A DNA stretch of 64,000 bases from Cirrosporium novae-zelandiae (taxonomy: Eukaryota), in the NCBI GenBank assembly GCA_026023565.1, contig JAPETS010000058.1:62001-126000 (forward strand). The letters are read 5' to 3'. The notes beneath the pieces were generated by a model that searched no databases, was not told where the DNA came from, and saw nothing but the letters and a program-made list of their open reading frames with translations. Positions 13,143 to 25,308 of the stretch are shown here, piece by piece (positions within the stretch are counted from its first letter, which is position 1; each line of letters opens with the position of its first letter). The position numbers and the translations under genes are program-made.

Positions 13143-13960
13143 CGATTCGACCGTTATTATCTTGCGTGCTTGCGGCTATCTTTCAACGCCACTGAATGTT
13201 GCCTTCCACAACGGTAATGAGAAGCAACTTCTGCACCAAACATTGATAGGTATACAAAAGAATAAGGAGTTGGGATTGTTAAATAAATTTGTTCAAGCTG
13301 TTAAGACTGTCTAAGCTCTGGAGCTTCGAACTATTCCAAAAATACAGGAGTGAGGAGTGGAGAGGATTGAAGAAGTTGATTTCAGCAACTTTCTTGGCTG
13401 CCAAGATAGGAATCTTGAGATGACGCCGTCAATTCGCGAACTGCCGCTAATTTGGACATCACATGCTTTCCTGCATCTATTTAACTTAACCAAAACATCC
13501 AACAAGATCCATTGGACCGTATAAGCTTACTATATTCTCTATTACTATTGAATGGAATAGATATATTCTCCACACTGACCTGTTTGAGGGATAAATCCAC
13601 TTCTGGACTGCTTTAGCGTGACAGGTCACCCACTCACTAATTCTATCGATGATGCCTAGAAAATTACAGCCTGAGGCATCCAACCCACTAGCGCCCCTTG
13701 ATGCATTTAAACCCCTCCTAGAACTTCTATTCTACCATTCTTCGATTCCCACTTATCCAGTGCCCTCAAGTGAAATAGACATATAATATACCTCAGCTCC
13801 CCATAGCCTTTTGCTTTTAACCATTCCCAAGTCTTCCATTGAAAGAACCTTCAGTCCCTTGGAAGATAATTTGACAGAAATGCAGGAACTGTCAAACTTT
13901 GCAACTTTCATAGCGAAATGACAGAGAGGAATCTTACTTTAGGTGGAAGCCAAAAGAATC

Positions 13961-15560
13961 ATGAAGGGACGCATTTATAATAAAGGACTCCTGCTTCGCC
14001 ATGATCACAAGTCCGTATTTCGATACGGATATGATTACTGAGAAGGGGCGACGGACCCAAACCGTCGCCTGATAACGGACCCAGATTTTCAAGACACAGT
14101 CAAAGTAGAGATGTAGACTGAAGCAATGAAAGGAGATTCTGAGAGAAAAAAAGAAAAACTAGAGCTACAAGAGGGCGTTGAGCAATCATCTGAGGATGAA
14201 GCTACTGATGTGCTCTGGAGACACCGACGTTGGATTTCTCCTAGTAAGCATGAAGTAGGGAAAGCGGTCGACTCTCTGAAAAAGACTAGGACGGTTTCTA
14301 TCGGGGTTCAACTTGCAGCAGATAGATTGATTGATATGTTACAGGACGAAAACACAATCTGGAAGGATATTCTAGCGTTGATGGGGGGAATCCCCAGGGA
14401 GATGGCTCAATATATCTGGACACGGCTAAAAGAAAAAGCCGAAAGGCATAGTTTTTACTATAAAAACAAGTCTAATATGGTAAGATCCTTTACTTTGACA
14501 TTGCTAAGCTGGTGTTCTAAAGCTGATCGATACTTTTATAGTCTATCAACAAAATCACGACGTCCTTGAAACTCATACCTCTCCCTTTGTCACAGCGACT
14601 GTGGGAGCTACTCCATGATATACATGGGTTTATCCTAGATGTTACCGAAGAGCTTAAAGTATGCTTGAAACTTAGTGAAGCTGCTGACCCCCCTCGAGGA
14701 ATATTTGCGGAACAGGTGGATTTCTACCTACGCGAGTGTCTTACCTCGTCCAAATTTACCAAAAACCTCAAAGTTCATTATGTCGACGGCAAAAATCTCC
14801 AGGCAACTAGTTTGGTTGATCAGGAAAACCAGATAATCTACATTCATAATCAATGCTTGGGCCGCAAAAGGTCCCACGATGACATCGAGGGGGGAGAATG
14901 TCTAAGGTTTGTCTCAGCAGATCAACTGAATCATTCAGCCTTCCGATGCGATCATGTGGTTCAGCGCATCTACAGAAATATACTCAAACAGATTGAAGTT
15001 CCAAATAATAGAAATCGGAATAAGGGCAGGAAACTTGACAAGGATAAAGTTGACCTAATTGTCATGGCCGCAATGGCCTGCCTCCGAAGGACCATACATG
15101 GTATCCAGGTCAGTCTCTTGGAACAAAAGGCTGGCTACCGCCTCAACTGGCAAGACACGATAGGTACTCTGGACTTGAGTACAAGAAATTATGAACAGGT
15201 CTTAACTGTCATTCTACACACCAAAGACCAAATGTAACCAATTCGACTTCAAAGATCATCCACCCTCTCCAACCTGTCCCACAAAAAAAGCAAACATCAG
15301 CGACTTCGAATGCACCTTTACATTCGAAGATTTCCCCGCTCTTGATCCTGAAATAGAGTACTTTGCCGTTGTTCACACAACACAAAAAGGTGCGTTCCTC
15401 GCCATCTCTCGGGATACGACACTCTCACCTTCGGGGTCCACGTCTAATAAGAAGGCGTAAAAGAGGAGAATATGAGATCGAGGAGCTGGATGGAAATAGA
15501 GAAGATGAAGACGAGGAGACGGAAGATAATATAGAAGACAATGATAACGAGAACGAATAA
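13961..15560 (+). pseudogene. Disrupted hypothetical gene
   Basis: Continuous frame from ATG 13961 with TGA 14039 and TAG 14114; canonical intron 14480-14541 joins two ORFs in frame; frameshifts near 15230 and 15450. Confidence 0.6.
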
Positions 15561-16464
15561 CGCACTCGCGGACTGATGGGGACTTTGGTAGGAGGGAAAG
15601 AAAGATTTGTTAAGATATTTAGAAGTTTGTCTTGAGGGTTTTCTATTCTTTATGACTAGCGGCGAGTGACTTTTTCTCGTTATTTTGATCTAGAAGAATA
15701 TCCCTTTTTGGCTTTTAGCTTTCCTCCTCAGGCTTACGGTGATGATTCTATGACCATTATATCCTATGATGCAACAATTTGACGTTTTTTATATTTTTAT
15801 AGATAGTGATTTTTTATCATATGCGATAATTGACATAATCCTCTGATCCTATGGAGTCTATTTCTAAAGCCATATAGTACTACCATTCTAATCTTACCAA
15901 ATCTCAGCAGTGCTTAGTTAATCAAAACAATACCATTTGCCATAATCAGTACATAAACATGTATGAGAAACCAAATGAACATGTATTTATAATAAATGGT
16001 GCTAGGAACCAGGAACTTATCGTTGTATTAGAAGCTAATATTCAGCCTACTCGAGTACAACTGCATCGGAGACCCTCTCTAGTCTCATCCTGTGGAGAGG
16101 ATCTTTCCGGTATTTTCAGCCGTGGAAATCTCTGAGAAGACAAGCAACAATTAGATCAGTTGAATCTGTTTCGCGTTAACTCTGAGCTACCTTGTCGTTG
16201 ATTTAACCTTAGATGTAGACAGGGATAGGGCACAAAGCAAGGGCTTGGAATTTCTTGATCTACTTAGCGCGCCCTGTAGATCTCAAGACACGTCTTCCTT
16301 CAGATAGAAGTTATCAGCTCCGACGAAGTAATTACCTAGATATATCAACAACCAACAATTCCTTAAACCACAACAATTACAAGTGACCTAATTTTTCCAC
16401 TATCCCTATTCTACATTTCTGCCATCTAACCCTCACACCTGCCAACAACCAACCACCAACAACC

Positions 16465-17106
16465 ATGGACACCTACACCCAACTCCCCCTCCACTTGGAC
16501 CCGCAAAGCAAAACCATCTCCCTCCACCCCGCCTCCACCACTCCCACCACCCTAGCCCCCCCCCTCCAAAAAGAACTTCTTGCCCTCAACACCTTACACA
16601 AAACCATGCAACGCGAAATCGAAAACACCGCCAAAATTCCCCCACCCCCCATGCCCCTAAACCCCAAACGCTCCGCCGCAATCTCCAAACTCCGTCAAAA
16701 CGCAAACACCGCCCTCCAAAAACACAACATCCCCGAATCCCTACAGTTATACAACCTCGCACTCTCAACGGCCGAGAGGAGACCCCCCTGGGAGCCGGGC
16801 GTGGTTCAGAGGGAGGAATTGGCGGTCCTGTATGCGAATCGAGCGCAGGCGCATATGAGTGAGAAGGGGTGGGCGGAGGCGTATGTGGATGCCATGGCTA
16901 GTGTGGAGTGTAAGGCGGTGGGAAATCCGAAGGCTTGGTGGAGGGGCGGGAAGGCGCTGGTGGAAATGGGGAGGTGGAATGAGGCGAGGGATTGGGTTCA
17001 GGGAGGGGTGCAGAGGGAGAGGGGGGTTAAGGGGAGTGAGGAGGGGTTGAAGGAGTTGGTTGAGTTGGAGAGGGAGATTGAGAGGAAGGTTGGGGGGGGG
17101 AGGTGA
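16465..17106 (+). CDS. SEC72: Translocation protein Sec72 (TPR)
   Basis: DTYTQLPL..IPPPPMPLNPKRSAAISKLR..RRPPWEP..EELAVLYANRAQA..KAWWRGGKAL. Confidence 0.9.
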   Translation: MDTYTQLPLHLDPQSKTISLHPASTTPTTLAPPLQKELLALNTLHKTMQREIENTAKIPPPPMPLNPKRSAAISKLRQNANTALQKHNIPESLQLYNLALSTAERRPPWEPGVVQREELAVLYANRAQAHMSEKGWAEAYVDAMASVECKAVGNPKAWWRGGKALVEMGRWNEARDWVQGGVQRERGVKGSEEGLKELVELEREIERKVGGGR

Positions 17107-17795
17107 TGGGGTGAGGGGTTTCTTTTTTTGGGGGATGGTTTGGAGAGGGCTTTTTTTTGGGAGGGGGAGGGGAAGTGGTTTGGGAGGGGAAGTGTTACGG
17201 TAATAATCCGGATATAAGATGAGATATCAGCCTGCTTGCTATAGCTTGGGTACCTATACCCATCGGTATCGGTATGAAGCTTTCACATAAACATATCACT
17301 AAAAAAAGGGAATCAAATCAAATCAAAAACTGGCATTCGCCATAGAAAACATCACATGCAAAACTATTTGGAGTCTCTACTTTAAATATCACTTCCCTCG
17401 TAAGAATTTTCTATTCATTTGTTTGTTTGCTTGTTTGTTTTTTAGTTTTACCATATTGACCTTCCCGTCCAAGCGTGATTTGAGGAGGTGATGGATTTAT
17501 TTTTGTATTGTGTTGTACATGTACATACAAGAAATGGGTAATGGGTAAACATGTGATATAAAACATGTATGCATGCATCAGGTCTAGAGCTAGCTGGCTC
17601 ATGTAAAAGATTAGATCCTGGATACATCTTCGCGGTCATATACCGTTCGCTTTGCGCCCGCTAGTTTTTGTGGCATTTCTCCACAACCGGCTCCGCTTGC
17701 GCATTTCACAAATCCAATTTAGGTATTTCTGTGTGTGTGTGTGCATCCGGGGGAGTCTTGCTTCATTCATTCCCTTTCATGAGAGACATCTACAT

Positions 17796-18958
17796 CTAAT
17801 TGATATGGTTCCCGTAAAAGGGAAAACCCAAAGCAGTTAACAGGAGTCTCGCATCCCGATCATTCGTTGCGCTCGTATGTATCGTGACGTGCGCGCCCGG
17901 AATCATCTTTGGGGGGTACATGTCGTAATTAACTTCGATTTCTGGGAATAGTGCCGTCGTCTGGCCATCAAATCCGAAGGAGATGTTTCCACTGCTGTCT
18001 CCGGAGCTTCCCTTCACCCCCGGCCAGTCCTTGATGCGGGGAAGGACAACGGTGATGAGTTTCGAGAGGAAGTGGTACATGTTCTCACCTTGTAAGGTGG
18101 CGGTGCAGGCAACTGTTTTGCCGCGCTTGAGACCCCAGTTGGGGACTGGGTGTCTGGTTTTGAAGACTGTTACCCGGGCGTTGGTGATGGCTTGGATGGC
18201 CATTCCCGCGACGTGGAGGAATGCGCTGCTTTCTGTGGCACCTTTTACGAAACTGTGGACGGTGACTTTCTCTAGTTTCGGGAGGTTTCTAAATGTGAGG
18301 GGTTTTCGTAGCAGGCGAAGGACATCGCCTCCTCGAGGTCCGCGCAAAGCACGGTTTTTGTGGTAAGGGGAGGAGTCATCCCACTGGCGGAGACGTTGGG
18401 CTTTGGGTGGTGCTTGGAATCCAGGTGGAACATGCATGTAGGCGAGGGTCATGAGATCGGGGGCAACTGTAGATCCATAGGTTTGTTGCAAGCGGGGGAG
18501 GGAAAATGGGCCTGGGATGAACTCGCGGGAGACGGGGTCTGCAGGTCGAGGAGGCTGATATGGATGAAGGGGCCCACGGTAGTATTTGGGTGGGCGAGCT
18601 TGGTAACTTGGAGAGATATGTTAGCAATGGAGGGGAAAGAGAACGCTGCTGTCCATTGGATGTGGGTGGGGGTGAGATACCGGGAGCGGGGAAGTTTGAA
18701 GCCTCGAGCTGCGCTCTGCTTTACTGGATCAAATGATTGTATTATATCGGACGATGGGCCCGGGGTGGAAAACGACGAGTCCGGAATGACATCTTCGGTG
18801 GTTGTCGATGTTGGAGCTGCTGTTGCGGGTTTCCCGGGGGTGGTTGATGTTGAAGCTGCACGGGCGCTGGTGGTAAGGAAGGATACTTTTCGAGACGAGG
18901 AGCGGATCGGGGTGAAGGCAAGGGAGAATAGCCTACTAGAGGCCTCTCGTGAAACCAT
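17796..18958 (-). CDS. MRPL7: Mitochondrial ribosomal protein uL5m (exons 18958-18681, 18606-17796)
   Basis: Basic/Ser-rich presequence; PKYYRGPLHP; VVLPRIKDWPGVKGSSGDSSGNISFG; FPEIEVNYD. Confidence 0.92.
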
Positions 18959-19222
18959 TGTAGTGATTTAGAGAGGAGAGTCGTTTCTTGATTTATTCAA
19001 TTGAGTTGGATAGAAAGAAAATATTGGGATGGGGTGGGAGACGGAAAGTTCCGTTGGAGCTCCGAGCTTCGTTCGTTACGTTGATGGACAACTACTTAGG
19101 TACCTAGGTAGCTAACCTTCACTGACACCTCTAAGGTCTCAACACAAGTGAAGCTGGAAGGGCCACCTTCACTTTTGATATATGTTTCTGAAGAAATGAG
19201 CTGACCATCAGCAACCCACATC

Positions 19223-22215
19223 ATGGAGATCGACTCCTCCAGCGCCTACATCGCGCCAACCAACCTGGCCGAAGACTCCTCTCTCGCTCTCCCCATGTTC
19301 AGCGTTGGGCAGGTCGAGCTCAAATTTCCCATCGCCTCGGATTTCGTTGCCGCTCAAGTTGCCAACAATGTCCTCATTCTTGCACTCGCTACGGGTCGAA
19401 TCCTTCGAATCGATCTGGACAGTCCCTCAGACATAGATGATATTGATCTTCCCAAGAGAACTTCAGAGACAGGATTGATAAGACGAATGTTTTTGGATCC
19501 AAGCGCAAGCCATTTGATTATCGCCACAACACTCGGAGAAAACTATTATTTACATACACAGTCAAGGGCCCCAAAGGCCTTGACGAGGTTGAAAGGGGTG
19601 ACGATCGAAAGTATTGCCTGGAACCCGTCATTGCCTACAGCATCTACGAGGGAGATACTGGTGGGAGCTTCTGATGGAATGATCTATGAGGTTTATATCG
19701 AACCGTCGAATGAATTCTTTAGGCGTGAGAGGTATCCAAAGTCCGTCTACAAGCTACAAGATGGGCCTGTAACTGGTCTATACGTGGATACAATTCCCTC
19801 GAGACCTGATCATAGGAGGGTGCTTATTGCATCACATTCAAAATTACTACACTTTTCTGGCAAGGTTCCAAGACAAGGGAATGAAGGAACTGGATCTGTA
19901 TACACCGAATTCTTTCAGAGGGAAGCTGCAACAGTTCACGAAGCTAGTAGAGCTTCAGATACTGCTCCATCTTCACTGGTAACGTCTCCTGATCCAGTAG
20001 AGGCATCTCCAGGCGAGACCACTACCGAGAGAGTATTCGCTTGGCTTTCTTCCGAGGGAGTGTTTCATGGGAAGCTTTTAACGTCAGGCTCGGCTGCTGC
20101 GCTTGGAAGCGCAGTGTTTTCAGAGGGGACAACCTTTGCCAGAACTCAACTGCCGGCCTCCGAGTCTGCAAGAGGTGGTAGGAAGTTGATCCAAGACCCC
20201 ATCTCTGCTATAGCTTTAACCCAATGGCATATTTTATGTTTACTGGAAGGCAAGATTTATGCTATAAATAGGCTAGACGGCAGCATCGTATACGAACAAA
20301 CTGTCCTGGACCCTGGACAAAGTGTGGTGGGTTTGGTTGCTGATCAGAAGAATAATACCTTTTGGCTTTTCCTGACACAGGAAATCTTGGAGATTGCAAT
20401 CACCAATGAAGATAGAGATATCTGGAAGATAATGCTAAAGAATGAGCAATTTGACTCCGCTCTCCAATATGCCCATGGACCTGCAGAAAAAGATGCAGTT
20501 GCAACAGCCTCGGGTGACTATCTTGCCAGCAAAGGTCAATATATTGAAGCAGCTAGTGTTTATGGCAAGAGTAGCAAGCCTTTTGAACAAGTTTGCTTGA
20601 CCTTCATTGATCATGGAGAACAAGATGCTCTTCGAAAGTATTTGCTGACAAAACTTTCAACATACAAAAAGTCTTCAACCATGCAGCGGACAATGATCGC
20701 ATGTTGGCTTGTTGAGGTTTTCATGTCGAAGCTGAATTCTTTAGATGATACGCTCAATACAAAAGCAGAATTGTCTGAAAACACAACAACAGCACAGACC
20801 AAGGATGAAATGTCTGCAGTAGCCGCCGACTTCCGGGATTTTGTTAATAAGCATAAGCAAGACATTGATCGAAAGACAGCGTACGAGATCATTACCAGCC
20901 ATGGACGCGAAGACGAATTGCTTTTCTATGCCACGGCTACTAATGATAATAACTATGTACTCACTTACTGGATCCAACGAGAAAAATGGACGGAGGCATT
21001 AGATGTGCTGAAAAAACAAACAGATCCAGAGGTGTTTTACAAATACAGCAGTGTCTTAATGACACATGTTCCTGTTGGCTTGGTCGATATCATGATGCGT
21101 CAATCTAACCTGGACCCTCGAAAGTTGGTTCCTGCGCTTCTCAACTACAACAAAGAAATACGGGTTTCCTTGAAGCAAAATCAAGCAATTCGCTACCTCC
21201 TCTTTGTCATCAATAATCTCCATTCCACGGATGCCGCTATCCACAATACCCTCATCTCAATATATGCCTCTCATCCTTCTACCGAGGAATCCGCACTTCT
21301 CGAGTATCTAGAGTCCCATGATCAGCACGGAGCCCAACCATACGATGCGGATTTTGCCCTCCGCCTGTGCATCCAACACAACCGCGTCCAATCCTGTGTG
21401 CACATCTACAGCTCAATGGGCCAATATCTCCAAGCGGTAGAGCTCGCCCTAAAATATGACGACACCGATCTTGCGGCCATGATTGCTGACCGTCCTGATT
21501 CGAACCCACCCCTCCGCAAAAAGCTCTGGCTCGCAGTTGCAAAGAAGGTTATCGCACAGGATTCCGGTATAAAGCCAGCCATCAACTTCCTCAAACGGTG
21601 TGAACTCCTCAAGATTGAAGATCTGATACCGTTCTTCCCGGATTTTGTGGTGATTGACGACTTTAAAGAGGAAATTTGTACTGCCCTTGAAGATTATTCC
21701 CGTCACATTGATACTCTTAAATCAGAAATGGACTCTTCTGCCGCAACGGCAGAAACAATAAAACTAGACATTCGCTCTCTAGATATGCGATATGCGATCG
21801 TTGAACCGGGTGAGAAGTGTTGGCTCTGCAATTTACCATTACTGAGTCGGCAGTTCTTCGTTTTCCCGTGCCAGCACGCATTTCACAGCGACTGCTTAGG
21901 AAAGAAGATATTGGAGCAAGCAGGACTGGGAAAGAGGGGAAGGATAAAGGACTTACAGAAAGAAATCGGGACTGCAGTGGGAACGAGGAGGGAGACGTTG
22001 ATTAGAGAACTGGATGGGTTTGTTGGGGAGGCTTGGTAAGTCATTTTATTTCCCATCCTTTCCGCTTGTTTGGGCCTCTTTGTACTAGTGTCTTCTCACC
22101 GTAGCCTTCCTTCTGCTAATAACTTTGTAGTATCTTATGCGGAGACTATGCAATTAAACAGATCGATGAGCCTTTTATCTCAGAGGCGGATTCCTTGGAA
22201 GAATGGGCCATATAA
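19223..22215 (+). CDS. PEP3: HOPS/CORVET subunit Vps18/Pep3 (exons 19223-22035, 22131-22215)
   Basis: Pep3_Vps18 N-terminal region, KIEDLIPFFPDFVVIDDFKEEIC, RING CxxC..FPCQHAFHSDC..C|ILCG completed by splicing. Confidence 0.95.
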
Positions 22216-23658
22216 ATGATAATCATGAATGAAAATACCTTAATTGAACAAATAATCAGATTGTTTTTTAAATCTTATTCAGTCTCATACCTATATCTAC
22301 TTTGCTTTGTTCTCTTCTCCATATACATGGAGCTTCGTTCCTCCCGTTTGCTAGGTTACATTAAAGGTCCGGAAAAGTCTATAAGGGCAATTACGGTAAC
22401 ACAATATTCAATTACTAACCAGTAAAACATATTGATAACACGAAAAAAATATTCGAAGAACAAACAGACAATAAAGATACATAGGAAATTATCCGATTGC
22501 TCCAGAAGGCTTTCACGTGGGTGTAGCAGAATAGAAAACCTTCAACCATATCTCCACTAGACCCGAGCTATAGCAAAATTAATCCACAGCACCTCTATAA
22601 TTTCAAGGTACGTCCGTCAGAGCGAGTTGGAGAAGACGGCTTACTGCCATAACCAAATCCCGAAAATTCCTAGGGAATTCTTCTCTATCCGTTTGTTCTG
22701 CAAAGCGTACACCGAAACCCAGGTTCTACACTAGAGAAATTTTCTTTCCATTCACTCGGACCACCCCTTATTTCACCCAAACATGCACCATGCAGATTTC
22801 CTTAGTCTAGCATGTAATCATGCAATAGATATTCACGTATTCGAAATCTTTCAGCACATGATTCACTTCCTCTGGGTCTAAGTTTTTCTTTCTTGTTGCA
22901 TTTAAGCACCTCCATCTCCCTTCACTTTTGTTTTTCTTTGACACATCTCCACACATCTTCATAACTGTCAGAAGATTAATGTATGCCATCTACCATTTTT
23001 CATTACTATATTCCCGCTTAGAGCTAAAAAACAGAATAGCCTATATACCCTCCTCTTAAAATCTTCGATATATAAGCCACGTATGGACTAGACTGTCATC
23101 GGGTAACTAGGCCTTGTATGGGACCGGGTGCAAAGATCGAACTGACCGATGAAGATAGGAAAATTCTATTTTTACTACAGAACTTGCGGACTCCGAGACC
23201 AGCAGCGGTCGAAAGGACGATGCAGAAAAATGGGTTTACCATATATAGAATCCAAGGTGCAAGATTTCCTCCGTCCTGCAACAGCACACATTTGATTTTT
23301 TATTTGGAAAGGATTTACTTCTATTACTGCCCCCATGCGCAAGAGGTGAGTTGAATTGCCAACCATGGTTCCCGGGACGCATCTCTCCGTGACAACTAAG
23401 CAAGCAAGAATGCCTATTTCAGCGAGGCAATTCAGTTATAACCGGGCTGAGAACCAGACAGAGACAAGAATTGCACCCCTTTTTGTTACAGATTTGGTTA
23501 GTTTGCCCTTTAGCTCACAGACCCCTCAGAGGGGTATATAGACAACCTTCTTTCAGTAGAAATAATCATCCTTCTTACAATACACAATTCTAGCCTGAAA
23601 GCATCATAACCCGTTACACTTTTACCAGGCGTTATCTTTTGGCACCTTCTATGGTGAA

Positions 23659-25308
23659 ATGCCTAGCCCACCTGGCCCACCAAAAGGTCCTAAATGGGGC
23701 CGACGTAGAAATCCTGATGGAAAAGATATTCCTAAATTTCATTTTATTCCTCAACTTCAGTCGGTCTTTTACTTTTTTCTACATCAATATGTAATTGATT
23801 CATCGTTGGCAGGTGTAAGGATGAGTAGTTTCGCCTTTGAACTTTGGCAAAGACTGTTTATCAAAGTGAATCTTTATAATATTCCGAGGTGTCAATGTGT
23901 GCGCGAATATACTTTCATCTTTTATACTATGTCTTGTTTTAATACCTACTATCTAACTTACTCTTCAATCATATTTTCCAACGAAATCTGATACAGATGA
24001 AAGGGCCAAGGGGCAGAGAGACCAAAAATGCAACTGTGGGGGAAATAGCCATGGCATACATAAGCCAAAGAGCAGATAAAAATGTCAGAAGAGAGATCTT
24101 CGTTTATCTCAAGGGATAGTGGAAATGACAGAAATGTTTAAGCCCTCGTCGCCTCTCAATTACAAAATCGGGATATAGCTAATAATACCACTGCACAGCT
24201 ATATAAAGATTTCAAAAATATCTTTGAAAAAACTCAGATTAATTTTATTTTTTTTCTAAAATACGTGCTGAATCTGCGGAAACAGAGCTTTAATAAACAG
24301 AATAAAAGGTGCAGCAAGCACAATAAAAGCTGGAGAAGCTTGAACAGGAAGTGCAGAGCTTCGAACGCCAAAAAGTGGGCTGGGATCAATATAAAAAATT
24401 ATCGGACGGTAAAATAAGACAATCTTTTTTCCATGAACAAATGTACCCAAATCGACTGTGTTCTTCGTATCCTGACCGACTCCGATTCTAGCCTGATCAC
24501 CCGCATTCATGTGACCATAAAGAAAGAGTGGAGCGATTTGATAGCACGGGGTGCAAGTGTCATCATCATCAAGAATGATTTTGAACAACACCGTCAATCT
24601 CTTAGGAATGGCGTAACAATCAGTCCTATAACGGACATGCTAACTTGGTTCTTAGATTTTTTTAACGATCATTACATTTTCATTGCCAGATCCACTAACT
24701 GCGAATTCAAACAACAGTTTATAATAATCCAAATTCGCATCTACCTTCAAATGGACCATGAGATGGTGAACATTCAAAAATAGAATATTGAAACAAACCC
24801 GAATGGCTATCCGCCAAATCCGGTCTCCTAGGCTAGCGACTTAAACCTAGCCGTTATAAGATAGAACAATTTTGGGGGCAACAGAACAGTCCAACAAAGG
24901 GATTAAGGAGAATCTCTTAAACGAAGGTCATGATAAATTAATAGCCTTGCTTAAGAAATACCTAGACAGGGAAATATCAATCAAGTACGTCCATTCATTA
25001 ACTTGTTAGCACAAAGAACCTTTTTTTCAATGTCAGGTGAATGTGTTTTCCTTCTTTTTCCCTGCAAATTAGAAAAAATTATATAAAGATTGACTACTAC
25101 AATTTCTCATAAATATTTCTTTCTGATATCCGCAATAGCATCTTTTGCCTCTGCCAGCCTTTCTCCTGGTTAGTCTGGTGTGCCTGGTGAATCTTCAGGT
25201 AAGCGTCCCAGGCCGGAGAGCTTCAGCTCCATTTCCAGTGCTGCTGCTTCTGCGGGAGCCGTTTTGGGAGATGGTGATGCTGAGGGTGAAGAAGGTGATG
25301 ATACTTGA
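23659..25308 (+). pseudogene. Probable decayed multi-exon lineage-specific gene
   Basis: Protein-like fragments (MPSPPGPPKGPKWGRRR..; ORF 24433-24783 ending in TAG; terminal exon 25139-25308 with internal TAG 25171) separated by intron-like sequences. Confidence 0.3.

Noticed and set aside
14039..14116. Premature stops as stop-codon reassignment or A-to-I corrected codons
   Set aside because: Conserved genes end normally in TAG/TGA/TAA, and the same relic also has frameshifts
17610..17770. GC-richer patch between SEC72 and MRPL7 considered as ncRNA or TPP riboswitch
   Set aside because: No diagnostic motif; most simply the MRPL7 3' UTR
18360..18971. 203-aa plus-strand ORF and similar long antisense ORFs (11106-11705, 42190-42723, 61899-62366)
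   Set aside because: Shadows of well-supported genes on the opposite strand
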